A stretch of DNA of 64,000 nt, taken from contig CP145410.1 in the NCBI GenBank assembly GCA_036867785.1, forward strand, positions 1,426,001-1,490,000, in the 5' to 3' direction. This DNA is from Plasmodiophora brassicae. Its lineage: Eukaryota. A program made the position numbers and the translations under genes. Under the pieces are notes generated by a model. It ran no database searches and was not told the origin of the DNA. It saw only the letters and a list, made by a program, of their open reading frames with translations. Each line of letters opens with the position of its first letter. Within the stretch, counting starts at the first letter, position 1. Below are positions 37,443-48,973 of this stretch, piece by piece.

Positions 37443-40151
37443 TATGGAATTGTTGTAATAAAGGGGTGTTTTTTACAAGCCTGTTTTTTACATGTAAAAT
37501 ACACTACTCAGGAACCAACTTTACACTGTAAAATACAGGTAACGTAAGGGTTTCCCGATCCGCGAGACACCTACCGGCGCACCGGCGTGTACACCGTACA
37601 CGCCGTCCAGGAGCCATTGTTGCGCGTGCGCGTCGTCGTCGTCTTGTGGTCGATTGTTCATATCAATAGCGTGCTGCCCGCGATGGGACCGAAGAAGGAC
37701 GAAGCCTTCAAACATTTCGGCCCGGAGCTTCCTCCACTTGATGGGCAGAAAACTCCTCGCCACGCTTGCAATTATTGCAACGCCTCAGTTGTAAAGAACG
37801 TTGACCGTATGCGGAACCACTTCAACACTTGCAAGGCGCGTCAAAATGGTTCTATCGGCGTCATGCGCGACGTCGTCCTCGTCAGCCGGAAGAAGGCGGC
37901 AATTGCCTCTACATCTGCTGCCACCACTCTCACTCCTGCACGTCCGGTCGGTCATTCTTCTCGAAGGACCTTTGATTCGTCGCATTCTTCCTGTCCCACT
38001 GCATCTATTAGTTCGTGGTTGGATTCCATGCCGTCAGAGGAGCAGAATATGTTGGAAGAATTGTTTTCGCGTGCTATGCACCGATCGTCGATGGTGTTCT
38101 CGACGTTTGAAACCAAGTACTGGAAAGAGTTCTTCCACAGGCTTCGCCCCGCATGGGCTATTCCTACAGCTTCTAGGATCGGAGGTGAACTGCTTGTCGC
38201 TGAATACAACATCGTGATGCGTGAGACGATCTCGCATATTCGCGAATGGCCTCTGGTATGCATAACAATCGATGGAGCAACAAACGTCGTTGGAAAACAG
38301 GTATGTCTGAGAGTCTGTAAACAACTTCCTTCATCTAATATTGGCATATCAGGTGTTGAATATAATGGCCTGTGGCCCGCATGCTCTCTTTCTCGAACAC
38401 TGCTCTATGGGGTTGCTACGCGAAAGCTCAGAAAATCTTCTGGACGTTCTCGTCGATGCGAAGCGACGTCTACGGGCGATGATTCGCCAGCCTCTTGATG
38501 GCTTTGTCGCTGCCGGCTCATTTGATGACGAGCGTCCTAATTCTCCCCGACTTGCGATTTCTGACGACCATTTTGTGGATCCACCGATGTGGACCTTCCA
38601 GAGCGATTCGCCCAGTGTAATGAAAAAGCTTCGTCGTCTGTGCGTCGACAACAAGGAGTTCATGTTCTCATACGGATGTGCAGCTCACGCGCTTCATAAT
38701 TTCTGCATGGACTTGGTGCGGAAGTTCCCGACGATTTCTAAGATTGTAAAGGAGTCCATCTATATCGTCAAAGGCATCAATGCGGTCCACCGACTAACTG
38801 AATTTTTCGACGCTCAATGCCTGCTGAAGTACAGGAAGCGGGTTAAGCTGATCTTGTTCTCGAAAACTCGTTGGGGCTCCATTCTATGCATGCTCGACCG
38901 TCTTGCCCGCGTCCAAGCCGTGTTATTCAAGCTTTCGAGGGCGCTCGAACTCGAAGACATGGTACAAGATCTGAAGATCGACGCCACGCTCGACGTCTGT
39001 CTTAGAAGGTCGGTTTAACTTTCATATACAATGCTTGCCGTTCTGACGATTGTATGACAGTGCGGCGTACTGGGAAGGGGTGTCAGCGTTGAAGATGCTC
39101 TTGCAGCCAATTTGCTGTTGCTTAGCATTCCTCGAGGGAGACGAGTCAACATTGTCAACAGTTTATGCGTCATTCGTCGCCATCGCCTACCACCTTCGAT
39201 CTTTGCCTGTTGGTACTGTAACCGCGCTCGGTTTACAGGACGCCGACCTTAAGAACATGGAGAACCTTATTTTCGAGAGCTTCAAGACGATCGCGTGCCC
39301 TGCACATGCGCTTGCATTCGCGACGGATCCCTTCTTCTCGCGGTTCGCTAACAATATTAAGCAATCTTGTTCGGAGCATCTCCTCGATCTTGGCGATGAT
39401 GATTCTTTGCTACAACAATGCAAGCAAGCATTGAGGATCATCGCTCGCGGTAATGTTGAGTTCGCTCGGCAGTTGACAACCCAGCTTGGCAAGTACCTTG
39501 TGCGACGGGATGACGATGGCGACTTCGAAGATCTCTTTGTCAAACCGCATCATCTGTGGAATTTGGCCGATGACCGCCGGTACCCTGACCTGAAACGGGT
39601 TTTGTCTAGCTTGCACCTCAACCCAACAAGCGCAGCCGGGGGCGAACGGAATCACAAATCCGCCAACCGCGTGCACTCCCGGCTACGCGCTCGACTATCG
39701 GGATGCAATGTCGAGCAAGGAACTGGGATCGCGTTCAATAGTGCCCAGTTGAATCGCCGGTACAAAGATACGCGAGATGACCCCCTTCACACGTTGGCTC
39801 GGGTCGCTTGGTTCGGAGGGTCGACCTGTGAGAAACTACATTGACTTCGCCGAAGAGCCAGACGATGGTTCCGATGACGAAGAGGTAACTCGATTGGAGT
39901 TCGCAGGGTTCGTTGGCATTGCCGAGCCAGGCACACTTCCCGAGGCGATTTCGGACACGCATTTGTACCCCGTTGGTGACGAAGAGGTCATCGAGTCTGG
40001 TCACGTTGTCAGGACCGCGACCATGGTATGAACGCGTACAGCCGGGGGGGGGGGGGGGGGCCGCCCCCTGCTGTTTTAAACATGTTTTTTACGTGTAAAA
40101 TACATGTATTTTACACTCAACCAGCCATTCTCTGTTTTTTACAATTCCATA
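37443..40151 (+). mobile_element. Complete hAT-superfamily DNA transposon (2709 bp)
   Basis: TIRs are TATGGAATTGT (37443-37453) and ACAATTCCATA (40141-40151). The 8-bp TSD CTCACTTC is at 37435-37442 and 40152-40159. TGTAAAA/TTTTACA subterminal repeats occur at both ends. Confidence 0.96.
37683..40031 (+). CDS. hAT transposase (BED finger, DUF659-like core, dimerisation region); apparent frameshift near 39781
   Basis: CNYC..H..C, ITIDGATN, SDSPSVM, GCAAHALHNF, KTRWGS and TSAAGGERNHK. Introns 38301-38352 and 39009-39060 restore the frame. Confidence 0.9.
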
Positions 40152-40193
40152 CTCACTTCCCTTGCGGCGGAGTGCGCTTCGACGTCGGCGTCG

Positions 40194-40514
40194 ATGACGT
40201 CCAGGGCCGTCGCTTCGACCGTCGCCGACGCGTTGAACGCGCTCAAGACGAAACTCGTACAGGACATACGACACCGTGTCTTCGGTACATGTTATCCTCC
40301 TGATAATCGTCGAAGCGGGCGCAAAGAGCTGCGGAAAGCCCTGAAGGGTCCCAAGGTGGCGGCGCACTACCCGTTCCTGTATCACCATGGGTTCGATGGT
40401 CTCTACGAGGACAACCAGGTCCTGTACCGTCAAGACAAGCTGGTGGAGCTGAGGAAGCGTGGCAAAGGGCCTCCGAAGAAGGGACAGGGGCGGCGTGCTT
40501 CCAAGAAGAAGTAG
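40194..40514 (+). CDS. MRPS33: Mitochondrial ribosomal protein mS33 (Rsm27)
   Basis: RVFGTCYPPDNRRSGRKELRKALKGPKVAAHYP..RKRGKGPPKKGQGRRA. Confidence 0.9.
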   Translation: MTSRAVASTVADALNALKTKLVQDIRHRVFGTCYPPDNRRSGRKELRKALKGPKVAAHYPFLYHHGFDGLYEDNQVLYRQDKLVELRKRGKGPPKKGQGRRASKKK

Positions 40515-40732
40515 CATCCCTTGTTGCGGTCGTGCCATCCGAAATGTTACACACCTCGTCATGTTGCCCATCTGGACATGTCACCGCTCAAGAACTGGAC
40601 TGCCGCGTGTAACGTCATGGGTCGAGCCGGTCCTCCGCACGCGGTGCACCAGTAGGCGCTGCACACCGCCACGCGTGGTCGCGGTCATTTCGAAATCAGT
40701 TGGGGGGTGTGGAGCGGGGGCAGACGTCACCC

Positions 40733-43700
40733 ATGACCGGGTCCGACGTCCTGTCGACGCCGCAGACGGCTACGCCGGCTGGTACGTACCAAGTGCTTCT
40801 GAAGGAGACGCCGACGACGCCCGGCATCCGGGTGGCATCGCCGGCAGCGTCGCTGCCACCGCGGATGCCCCTTCGTACGCCGATCGTACCCAAGACGCCG
40901 AACGCGACGGGGTTGTTAACGAAGCGGCCGCGTTCGACGCCACAGTCGACGTTTCCGCGCAAGGCGTCGACGCCTGTGATCAAGAGCAAAGTGTACACGT
41001 CAGCGACGCCAGCACCACCGAAGAGCGCGTTCGCCGTTGCTCTGATAGAATCTCGTAACAAACGACAGGTATGTGCTGGGGTTGCATGCTTGGGGATGCG
41101 AATACTTCTCTGCTGTCAGGTTGGCGTTGCGGCCCTTAACCTCAGGTCTCCTGAGCTGGATCTCTATCTGTTTGCTGACAACCACACCTATCAAGATACT
41201 CTGCGCCTACTGCAACTATACAATCCGACCGAGGTATGAGACGAGCCACTTGCTCCAATCGCGGCTACTCACTGACTTGTTGTTCTGAAGATCCTGGTCT
41301 CCGATACTGCTGTCGGCAGCAGTCTCTATCAGATACTAAGTCAGTTCCAGTTCCAATGTCCACCTGTTGGTTGATGCTAATGAACCTTCACAGTTAGCGA
41401 GTTAGATACGTCCAAAGTTGTCGCTTGTAAGAGTTTTCACCGTCCGCGGCGTGCTCTGTACCTGTGTTGCTGAATGGTGTCGAAGACCAACGAAAGAATT
41501 TCAACGAAGACCAAGGGCAATTGCTGCTCGAGCAAAAGGCTACCAAGGAAAGCTTAAGTCAACTACCGTTCGATTACAGCTTGTCCGCTGTTATGCAAGA
41601 TGTCAAACTAGGTTACTGACATAGTGTTGTCAGGTTCCTGTGCCTTGCTGCGAGCAACTGCGTTCTGAAATGGGCCGCATTCCAGCAGACCGAAACGTTC
41701 GCTCCGAACTCGATCAAAGTGAAGCTGAAAACACTGGAGGGCCATGTTGCACTCAGTATCTCGACCATAAAGTCGCTGGAGCTAATCGTCAACGCTGTCG
41801 ATCCCAAAGACCATAAAGGATCGCTGCTGTCGACACTCAACCACTGTAAAACGCCTTTAGGTGGTATGTGCGAACCGACTCCCAAAGCATTTCTTCGGCT
41901 TTGACTTTCCGTGTATAGAAAGAATGCTTCTAGCAAACCTTATTCAGCCGTTGAACCACATTCCAACCATTAACGCCCGTCTGGAAGCAGTCCAAGAGCT
42001 CCTGGAAAAGGAGGATGCGTTCTTCCAATTGTTATCTTTACTGCCCCAGGTCGCTTGCCTCGATCTGGTTAGCAACGGTGTTGGTATGTGGACTCGTACC
42101 AGGTTGTCCCTTCATCGAGCGTGACTTGCCGTTCTAGCAATTGTTCCGCACGAACCAACCGAGCGTACTGCGTTCCAGTGCATTCTCAACATGGTAAGAT
42201 GGAAACATAAGAGCACGTACGCACCAAAGGTTGACGTGCGCTCCAGCTACAGCTGAAGAACATTTTGAAGGCAATCCCGGATATATCGGCTGTCATCAGT
42301 GTCTGCAAGTCCGACGTCCTGACGTCTGTGGTAAGGTCACTGAGATAGCTCTAGGAATGCGAATATTTAGGAAGGTACACAGGTTGGCACACTGGTCAAC
42401 GCGAAGGGAGCGGAACTGTTGAGCCGCATTGACGACGTGATTGCTCCCGACGTTTGCGTCTCGTCAAAAGCGTCCTCGCATGTCCTTCAGACAAAACTTG
42501 CTTTCGCTGTCAAACCGGAAATCAACGGGTTGCTCGATGTTGGCCGAGCAACGTACTGCGAGGTCATTGAGGCCATTCACGAGGTTGCCCTGTTATATTG
42601 AAGCACTGAGTCTCTGCCTACGCTAACATCGCAGCCCCTGTAGGAGATCCAGAAGTACATGACCGACATGGACTTGCCGAATCTGAAGAAACATTTCAAC
42701 GCGACTAGAGGTCGTAATTGATACGGCTTTCATTTGCGTCTCTGACAAGCGCTACAGGGTTCTACTTGTCCCTGCCTGCGGCGAATGCCACCAATCTCCA
42801 CACACAGTTCATACAAGTGTGCAGACAAGGACGACGCGTTACATTTTCAACTGCAGATCTGATATCGCTCGACGACCGGCGCAAAGAGGCACTCGGCGAT
42901 GTTCTTATTCTAACAGGTACATACCACCTGCCATCCCTGTTCGTCGACTGCACTCATGTGCCCTCCTTGCCCATGAAGAGCACTGTTTGCAGGAACTGTC
43001 GGCCTCAGTTCGTCGCGATCTGCACTGGCTGCTAAACGTCACCGAATCGATTGCCCTGCTCGATATGATCGTCAGTTTTGCAAACCTGGTTACACAGAGC
43101 GACTCGTACGTTCGTCCTGCGCTGACGGTCGACGGCCCCATCGCCATTTCGAAAGGGCGCCACCCTGTCAAAGAACTTGAACGCAGCCGTGCCTTCCAGA
43201 CTAACGACACCTACCTCAACGAGACGTGCCGTATCCAAATCGTGACTGGTCCCAACGGAAGCGGAAGTACGTGGTAACTCTAGCCGAATCATTTATCGCT
43301 GTTCAATATCCTGTTGTCTAGAATCGACGTACCTTCGGCAAGTTGGCCTCATCGTTATTATGGCACACATCGGCTCTTACGTTCCGGCGGCGTATTCTTC
43401 AATTCCCTGCATCGACCAGGTAAATAACGTCTGACGCGAACCGTTTGCTCACATGGATGACGCTCATACCAGATCTTTACGCGGATGTCCATCGGGGACG
43501 ACCTGGAAGGAAATGCATCCGGATTCCTTGTCGAGGCGCGGGAGGCAGCGTATGCGCAGCGCGGTTGAGTTGCAGGGCGTTGCATCTCACTGAACTGCAC
43601 AGGTATATCGCGCGGAATGCTACAAAGTCCAGCCTTGTCCTGATTGACGAATTCGGTAACGTCATCGGTATTGTGCCTGCCGTATAGCGGTCCGTGAATG

Positions 43701-44410
43701 TGCCGGCCAGGACGAAGCACGTCAACAGTGGACGGGGTCGGCTTGGCCTGGGCCGTCGTTGAAGAGTTAATCGCGAAACAATCGTATTGCCTGTTCGCGA
43801 CACACTTTCACGAGCTGTGTGACCTTCCGCATCTATACCCGATGGTCAAGAACTGCCATTTGACGGTAGGCGCCCGCTGGACACAGACTCGCCTTCAAAT
43901 TTAATGCGCTGCCGTCTATAGGTCGGCCACCTGAACGATCGGATCAGTTTCCGATACGCCTTAGCAGACGGGGCGTGCGAAGAGGTTGGCTCATGACTGT
44001 CCTGTGTGTGTATTGACCAAATGCGTTGACGTCGGGCGTCGTCTTGCCATTCAGGTTGACAACCAGTATGGAATTTACATTGCAGGTGTCGTTATACTGT
44101 TGTTGACCGTCCCAGCACACGCGGCTCCGTCTCACCAATGGCGATTGCAGAAATTGCGATGTTCCCGGCCGAGATCATTCAAGCCGCTCGTGCGCTTAGC
44201 GCTCAGCTGCGTCGTCGGTTCAACTTCGTCACGGTCGAGACGCCCGACACGGCCCTGTTCTACGACACCATCCAGAGGCTGATCTCCCTGCGCCACTGCA
44301 GCCTGCCACCCGGCGCCACTGCCAGCTACCTGCGCCAGATTCGATCCGACCTGAACGCCATCGCAGGCGGCAACAGCAATACTGGCACGGATCGCCGCCC
44401 CACCAATTGA
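40733..44410 (+). CDS. MSH4: MutS homolog 4 (meiotic), many introns
   Basis: No mismatch-recognition N-terminus. Motifs: [79 protein letters not shown] and FATHFHEL. Confidence 0.85.
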
Positions 44411-44585
44411 ACGCCCGAACGTGTCCGAACGTAATACAGAGGAGGTGGACCTGGTGCAGGCGGCGTGCACGGGGGGCGGCGGCGGCGGGTCGGCGTCATT
44501 TGGGGATTATATATTGCCGTGATGGGGAGCACGACGCCGATGGGGTCGTCGCCTCGATGACGGCATCTGCGTCGACCGGCATCCG

Positions 44586-46541
44586 ATGGGTTCGACACTA
44601 GCGCCGAGCATGCTCCGCGCGTATCTGCAGGTGGTCGACCTGCAGGCGGGCCGGCTGCGTGCGGCGCGTCGGGCGCCGCTGCGGGCGCAGCAGGCCCTGT
44701 CGATCGCATTGCGCCGCGCCGTTGCCATGCGCGACGTGCCACTCGACGAGATCCGCGCGATCTACATGCACCGGTCGCATCCGACCGGGGCCAACGCCGA
44801 CCAGTTCGTTCAAGCCCTTCTCCGGCATCGTCGCCTCGATGAAGCTGTCGCCCTGTGCCCCGACTCGATCCACGTCGCGCGGTATCGCGTCAAGATCGGC
44901 CGCCTAACGACGCTGCCTGTCATCCGGTCCCTGGCAGAACGCCTGCGCCTCGCTGTTGACATCTGCAATTCGTCCAGGCCGCCTGCCTCGGCTCTGACGG
45001 CCGCCATTCTCGGCGGCGGCGACAAGTTCGTGGTTCCCGACTACACGCTGTCCACCATGGTCGTCCGTCTGGCCATCCGTTTCGGCGGCACATTCGCCGC
45101 CAGCGTCATCGACCGACTGCGACGCTCCGTCCCGGTCGCCAGGTTCCTGATCGAGGACGGCCGCCTGCTGTCCAACCCGGTACTGATGACGTCCTGTATC
45201 AATGTGCTGTCCCGGGACCCAACCTGTACGGAGCTGGTCGTCAAGGCGCTGGTGCGCGCCGGGGCCAAGGTCGAATCCGTCCTCGGGCGCTTGACAGAAC
45301 TGACACCCGCCACCTACGCCGAACTCATTGTCGGGTTCGCCGCAGCGGGTCACGTTCGCGAATTGGAGATCCTCCTGGGGCACCCTCTACACCGGACGGC
45401 GTGCACCGCACAGGTCGCCGTTGCTGTCCTTCGTTCGTTGCAACAGCGCCCGGCGCTGGCCGATGCTGCCATGCGGGCCATGTGGAAGGCGGGCATCCCC
45501 CTGCACGCGGAAGCGTTTCGCGTCCTGCACGTGTCGTACTGCATGGCGGGCGATATCCATGCGGCAACGGCAGTGCTGGACGCCATGAAGAAGCTGGGCA
45601 TACCGATCGCACGCAGCCCCATCGACGAGATCCGCGACCTGATCGCCGTCGGTGACGCGGAGACGGTGCAGCGGGAGGCCCCGTTGACGCCGACGACCGC
45701 GGGCATGATCGCGTCCGTGTACGCCAGGCGCAAGCAGGTGGCGCAGCTGTCCAGCTGGTCGGATCAGGTGCAGAGCCGGGGCATTGACCCGTGGGCGTCT
45801 CGCATTCATCTGGCCCTGGCGCGGCACGACCCTGCGACGGCGGTGGCCCTTGCCGATGGTGTCGCCCTGGACGGCCTGTCGCTGGTCGAGTACCGTTTGC
45901 TGATGCGCGCCTACTGTCAGGCAGGCGTGCCGTCCAGCGTCCAGCGGTGCGTGGACGCCATGGCGCGAAGCACGCGGCTGCCGTTCGACACGTCGACGCG
46001 GACGATGCTGCGGAACGCGTTCGCCCACGAGTGCACGTTCATCATACGCGGGCTGATGCGCGCGGGTCGGACGGACGACGCGCTGGCGGAGCTCGACCAC
46101 GTCGTGCGGGACGCTCGACGACCGGTCGTCGCCGACGCCTGGGCCTGTCTGGTTGCGGACGATGCGCAAGCGGTCGCACGCGTGCGATCCTGCGGATGGG
46201 CGGGCAACGACGCCAAGGTGGGCCCCGTGGTCGACGCCCTCGTCGCCACCGCTGCCTCGTGCTCCGATGCCGCCGCCCTCGACAGGATCGTGGCCCTGAT
46301 CGGGTCGGACGCGGCATACGTGCGCGCCCTGCAGGCGTCGGTCGCGCGCGCCGACCCCGCCCTGCTAGTCGAGGTTGCTCGACGCGCCGCCCGACCCATC
46401 GACCCCGCCTGCATCGACGACCTGGCCCGGGTCGCTGACGAACGCGGCTTGCCTCCGATTCGTGACATGCTGGCGTTCTATGCCGGCCCGGATAGATCAG
46501 CGCCCTGCTGCCGAAGGTTGCTCCCGCCCGGTCGAACCTAA
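44586..46541 (+). CDS. PPR-like protein, intronless
   Basis: TYAELIVGFAAAGHV, AFRVLHVSYCMAGDIHAATAVLDAMKKLGI and YRLLMRAYCQAG. Confidence 0.7.
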   Translation: MGSTLAPSMLRAYLQVVDLQAGRLRAARRAPLRAQQALSIALRRAVAMRDVPLDEIRAIYMHRSHPTGANADQFVQALLRHRRLDEAVALCPDSIHVARYRVKIGRLTTLPVIRSLAERLRLAVDICNSSRPPASALTAAILGGGDKFVVPDYTLSTMVVRLAIRFGGTFAASVIDRLRRSVPVARFLIEDGRLLSNPVLMTSCINVLSRDPTCTELVVKALVRAGAKVESVLGRLTELTPATYAELIVGFAAAGHVRELEILLGHPLHRTACTAQVAVAVLRSLQQRPALADAAMRAMWKAGIPLHAEAFRVLHVSYCMAGDIHAATAVLDAMKKLGIPIARSPIDEIRDLIAVGDAETVQREAPLTPTTAGMIASVYARRKQVAQLSSWSDQVQSRGIDPWASRIHLALARHDPATAVALADGVALDGLSLVEYRLLMRAYCQAGVPSSVQRCVDAMARSTRLPFDTSTRTMLRNAFAHECTFIIRGLMRAGRTDDALAELDHVVRDARRPVVADAWACLVADDAQAVARVRSCGWAGNDAKVGPVVDALVATAASCSDAAALDRIVALIGSDAAYVRALQASVARADPALLVEVARRAARPIDPACIDDLARVADERGLPPIRDMLAFYAGPDRSAPCCRRLLPPGRT

Positions 46542-46739
46542 TATTGAACATACACACACACACACGATGCAGCGAGAAGCGGGAACGCTTAACGTGTTCG
46601 AATGGGGTCGGCAGTCGTTATAGAAACAGGGTGTGCGCACATCACAGCAGCAGGGCCACACAAACTGTGTCGGGGCACTGCTGTCGGCCTCTACGAAGGG
46701 CAACCGGCGACGACGACAACGGCTTGCCCGACGCGAATG

Positions 46740-48779
46740 CTATGCATCCTGCATGTCCTCGTCGTCATCGAATTCCTCGTCGTTTTCCGTATCAATGACG
46801 AGGACGCGCCTGGACCCGCTCAGGACAGCGACGACACCGCGCGTGCCGCAGACGGCGAAGTGGTGCCCGCTGGCATGGGGGAACGTCCTGCTCCGGACGC
46901 ATTCCAGCGGGTACCCGTGCACGTCCTTGACGACGTCGACAACGTGCCGCTTGCTGGCCGCATGGTCGTGGTGGGGATGGAAGTGGACGCTGTCGAGGGC
47001 GGCCAGAACCAGGCGGCATCCGACGCGGCCCTCGGCGTCGCACAGCAACGCCAGGCAGCCGCTGTTGTAGAACGAGACGCGAGTGGCGGCGTGCGGCACG
47101 ACGGCGTGGGCGGCGAGGCCTCGGTCGTGGTCGCCCTTGAGGACGACCACCCGGCTGTGGTGCAGGAACGCCAGCAGGTGCTGCCCAGCCGTCGAGCTGG
47201 ACATGGCGAACGACGCGAGCGGGTCGTGCTCGGTCAGGCGGAACAGGGGCGTCGCCTGCGACACGGACAGGCGCCTGGAGATGGCCGCCGCCGGCAGGCC
47301 CCGGAACGATTGCCACGTGTCCTTGACGGCGTCGACGTCGACCTTGTCGAGCGCCGCCAGGACGCGGTCCGTGTCGAGGTCGTCGCTGATGAACGCGGCG
47401 GCGCGGTGCACGTCCACGGGCGACACAATGTCCAGGTCGGTGCCCTCGTCCGAGACGCGGTTCGCCGTCGTCGTCAGCCACTGCAGGAAGTGGCGGAAGT
47501 TGTCGTAGGCGGCGCTGAGAACGTCCTGCAGGTCGCGGGCGGCGTCGATCACGCGCCCAGCCCGAGCGACCAGGTCGGCGAGCAGGTCGACGTCGAGGCC
47601 GATGTCGTCGTCGCCGTTGTCGTCAGCCAGGACCCGTGCCAGGCCCCGCAGCTCGGTCAGGCGCAGGACCAGCTCCTCGGCGCCACGAACGAGGTTGCGC
47701 CTGGCGACGTCGGCGAGCTTGGCGACGGTGGCCTGCCAGGTCTTGTGCAGGCGGGCGACGGCCGGCCCGGTGACATGCGTCAGGTACTGGAGCATGGCCG
47801 ACTGGCCCGGGTGGCCGCTGACCAGCAGGGCCAGGAGCGCGTCGCCGACCGACCCGCCCTCGTCGTGATCGCTCAGCAGGTCGGCGAGCGTGGCAACCTT
47901 CAGGTCCAGGGCGCGCCTCGCGTCCGTCCACAGGCGGCGCCAGACGCCGGTGCACTCGGCCAGGTACGCCAGCAGGAACGCGACCTGTTCGGCCTGGACG
48001 GCCAGCAGGCGGATCTGCCGATGCCGACGCCGGACGATGCCCACGTCGACGGCGACGTGCAGGGCCACGTCGGTCCTGGGCGTGCGCGCCCGCACGACGG
48101 CGCAGACGCGCCTCAGATCGGGGGACGCGTGCAGGCCGACGACGTCGAAGGCCGGGCTGGGGCATCGCGGCACGAACCACGACGTCTGCAGCGCCGCCTG
48201 CAGGTCGACGACGCCGATGCAGAACGCGCCCTGGGCGTACAGGCGGACGCGGCCGTCGGCGTGGCCGACCGCCAGGACGGACAGCGCCCTGGCGTCCGGC
48301 GAGCGCTCGGCGACGGGCGCCACGAGGAACCGGTTGGCGGACAGCTGCCTGGGGACGGACGGCAACGCCGGCAGGACCGACGGGGCACGCGATCCCTCGC
48401 TCCCGACCGCGTCGTCGTCGTCGTCGTCGCGGGCGCGCGTGGTCCAGTGCAGGGTGCGGATGCGGGCGGCGCCGAGCGCCTCGCCGGGTATGGAGTGCAG
48501 GAGGCGGGCCCGCTCCACCGACACGATGTCGATGCGGTTGTCGGCGTAGGCCAGGGCGATGGCGGCGGCGTCGGGCGCCCAGCACAGGTCGACGACGGCG
48601 CCGGGCAGGCGCATCGGGTCGAACAGGCGCTGCCAGGACAGGCGGCGCACGTCGAGCGTGCCGTCGGCGAGGACCATCGCGATCAGGTCCATGGTCGGGC
48701 ACCAGGCCATCAGGCACAGGTCGGACGGCAGCGCCTTGTCCAGCTCGCACGTGAACGACGACGACCCGGGCGGCGGCAT
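46740..48779 (-). CDS. ANAPC4: Anaphase-promoting complex subunit 4, intronless
   Basis: LMAWCPTMDLIAMVLADGTLDVRRLSWQRLF..LCWAPD..IALAY WD40 region, a helical middle domain and C-terminal RGVVAV..RRVLVIDTE. Confidence 0.9.
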   Translation of the reverse strand: MPPPGSSSFTCELDKALPSDLCLMAWCPTMDLIAMVLADGTLDVRRLSWQRLFDPMRLPGAVVDLCWAPDAAAIALAYADNRIDIVSVERARLLHSIPGEALGAARIRTLHWTTRARDDDDDDAVGSEGSRAPSVLPALPSVPRQLSANRFLVAPVAERSPDARALSVLAVGHADGRVRLYAQGAFCIGVVDLQAALQTSWFVPRCPSPAFDVVGLHASPDLRRVCAVVRARTPRTDVALHVAVDVGIVRRRHRQIRLLAVQAEQVAFLLAYLAECTGVWRRLWTDARRALDLKVATLADLLSDHDEGGSVGDALLALLVSGHPGQSAMLQYLTHVTGPAVARLHKTWQATVAKLADVARRNLVRGAEELVLRLTELRGLARVLADDNGDDDIGLDVDLLADLVARAGRVIDAARDLQDVLSAAYDNFRHFLQWLTTTANRVSDEGTDLDIVSPVDVHRAAAFISDDLDTDRVLAALDKVDVDAVKDTWQSFRGLPAAAISRRLSVSQATPLFRLTEHDPLASFAMSSSTAGQHLLAFLHHSRVVVLKGDHDRGLAAHAVVPHAATRVSFYNSGCLALLCDAEGRVGCRLVLAALDSVHFHPHHDHAASKRHVVDVVKDVHGYPLECVRSRTFPHASGHHFAVCGTRGVVAVLSGSRRVLVIDTENDEEFDDDEDMQDA

Positions 48780-48973
48780 CTGCGGGACGCGCGCGCGGCC
48801 GTTGTTGCCGACAATGTGTGTCCGGCGGCGGCGCGCGCACCGCACCGGCGCCAGGGCCACACACCAGACCCGCTGCCGACGACACTGTTCGTTGCTACGC
48901 AGGCGGCTGCTTCGTGGCCACATGCGACACACAGCACGGGCACGGCCATCGAGGAGGGCGAACATACGACTTG

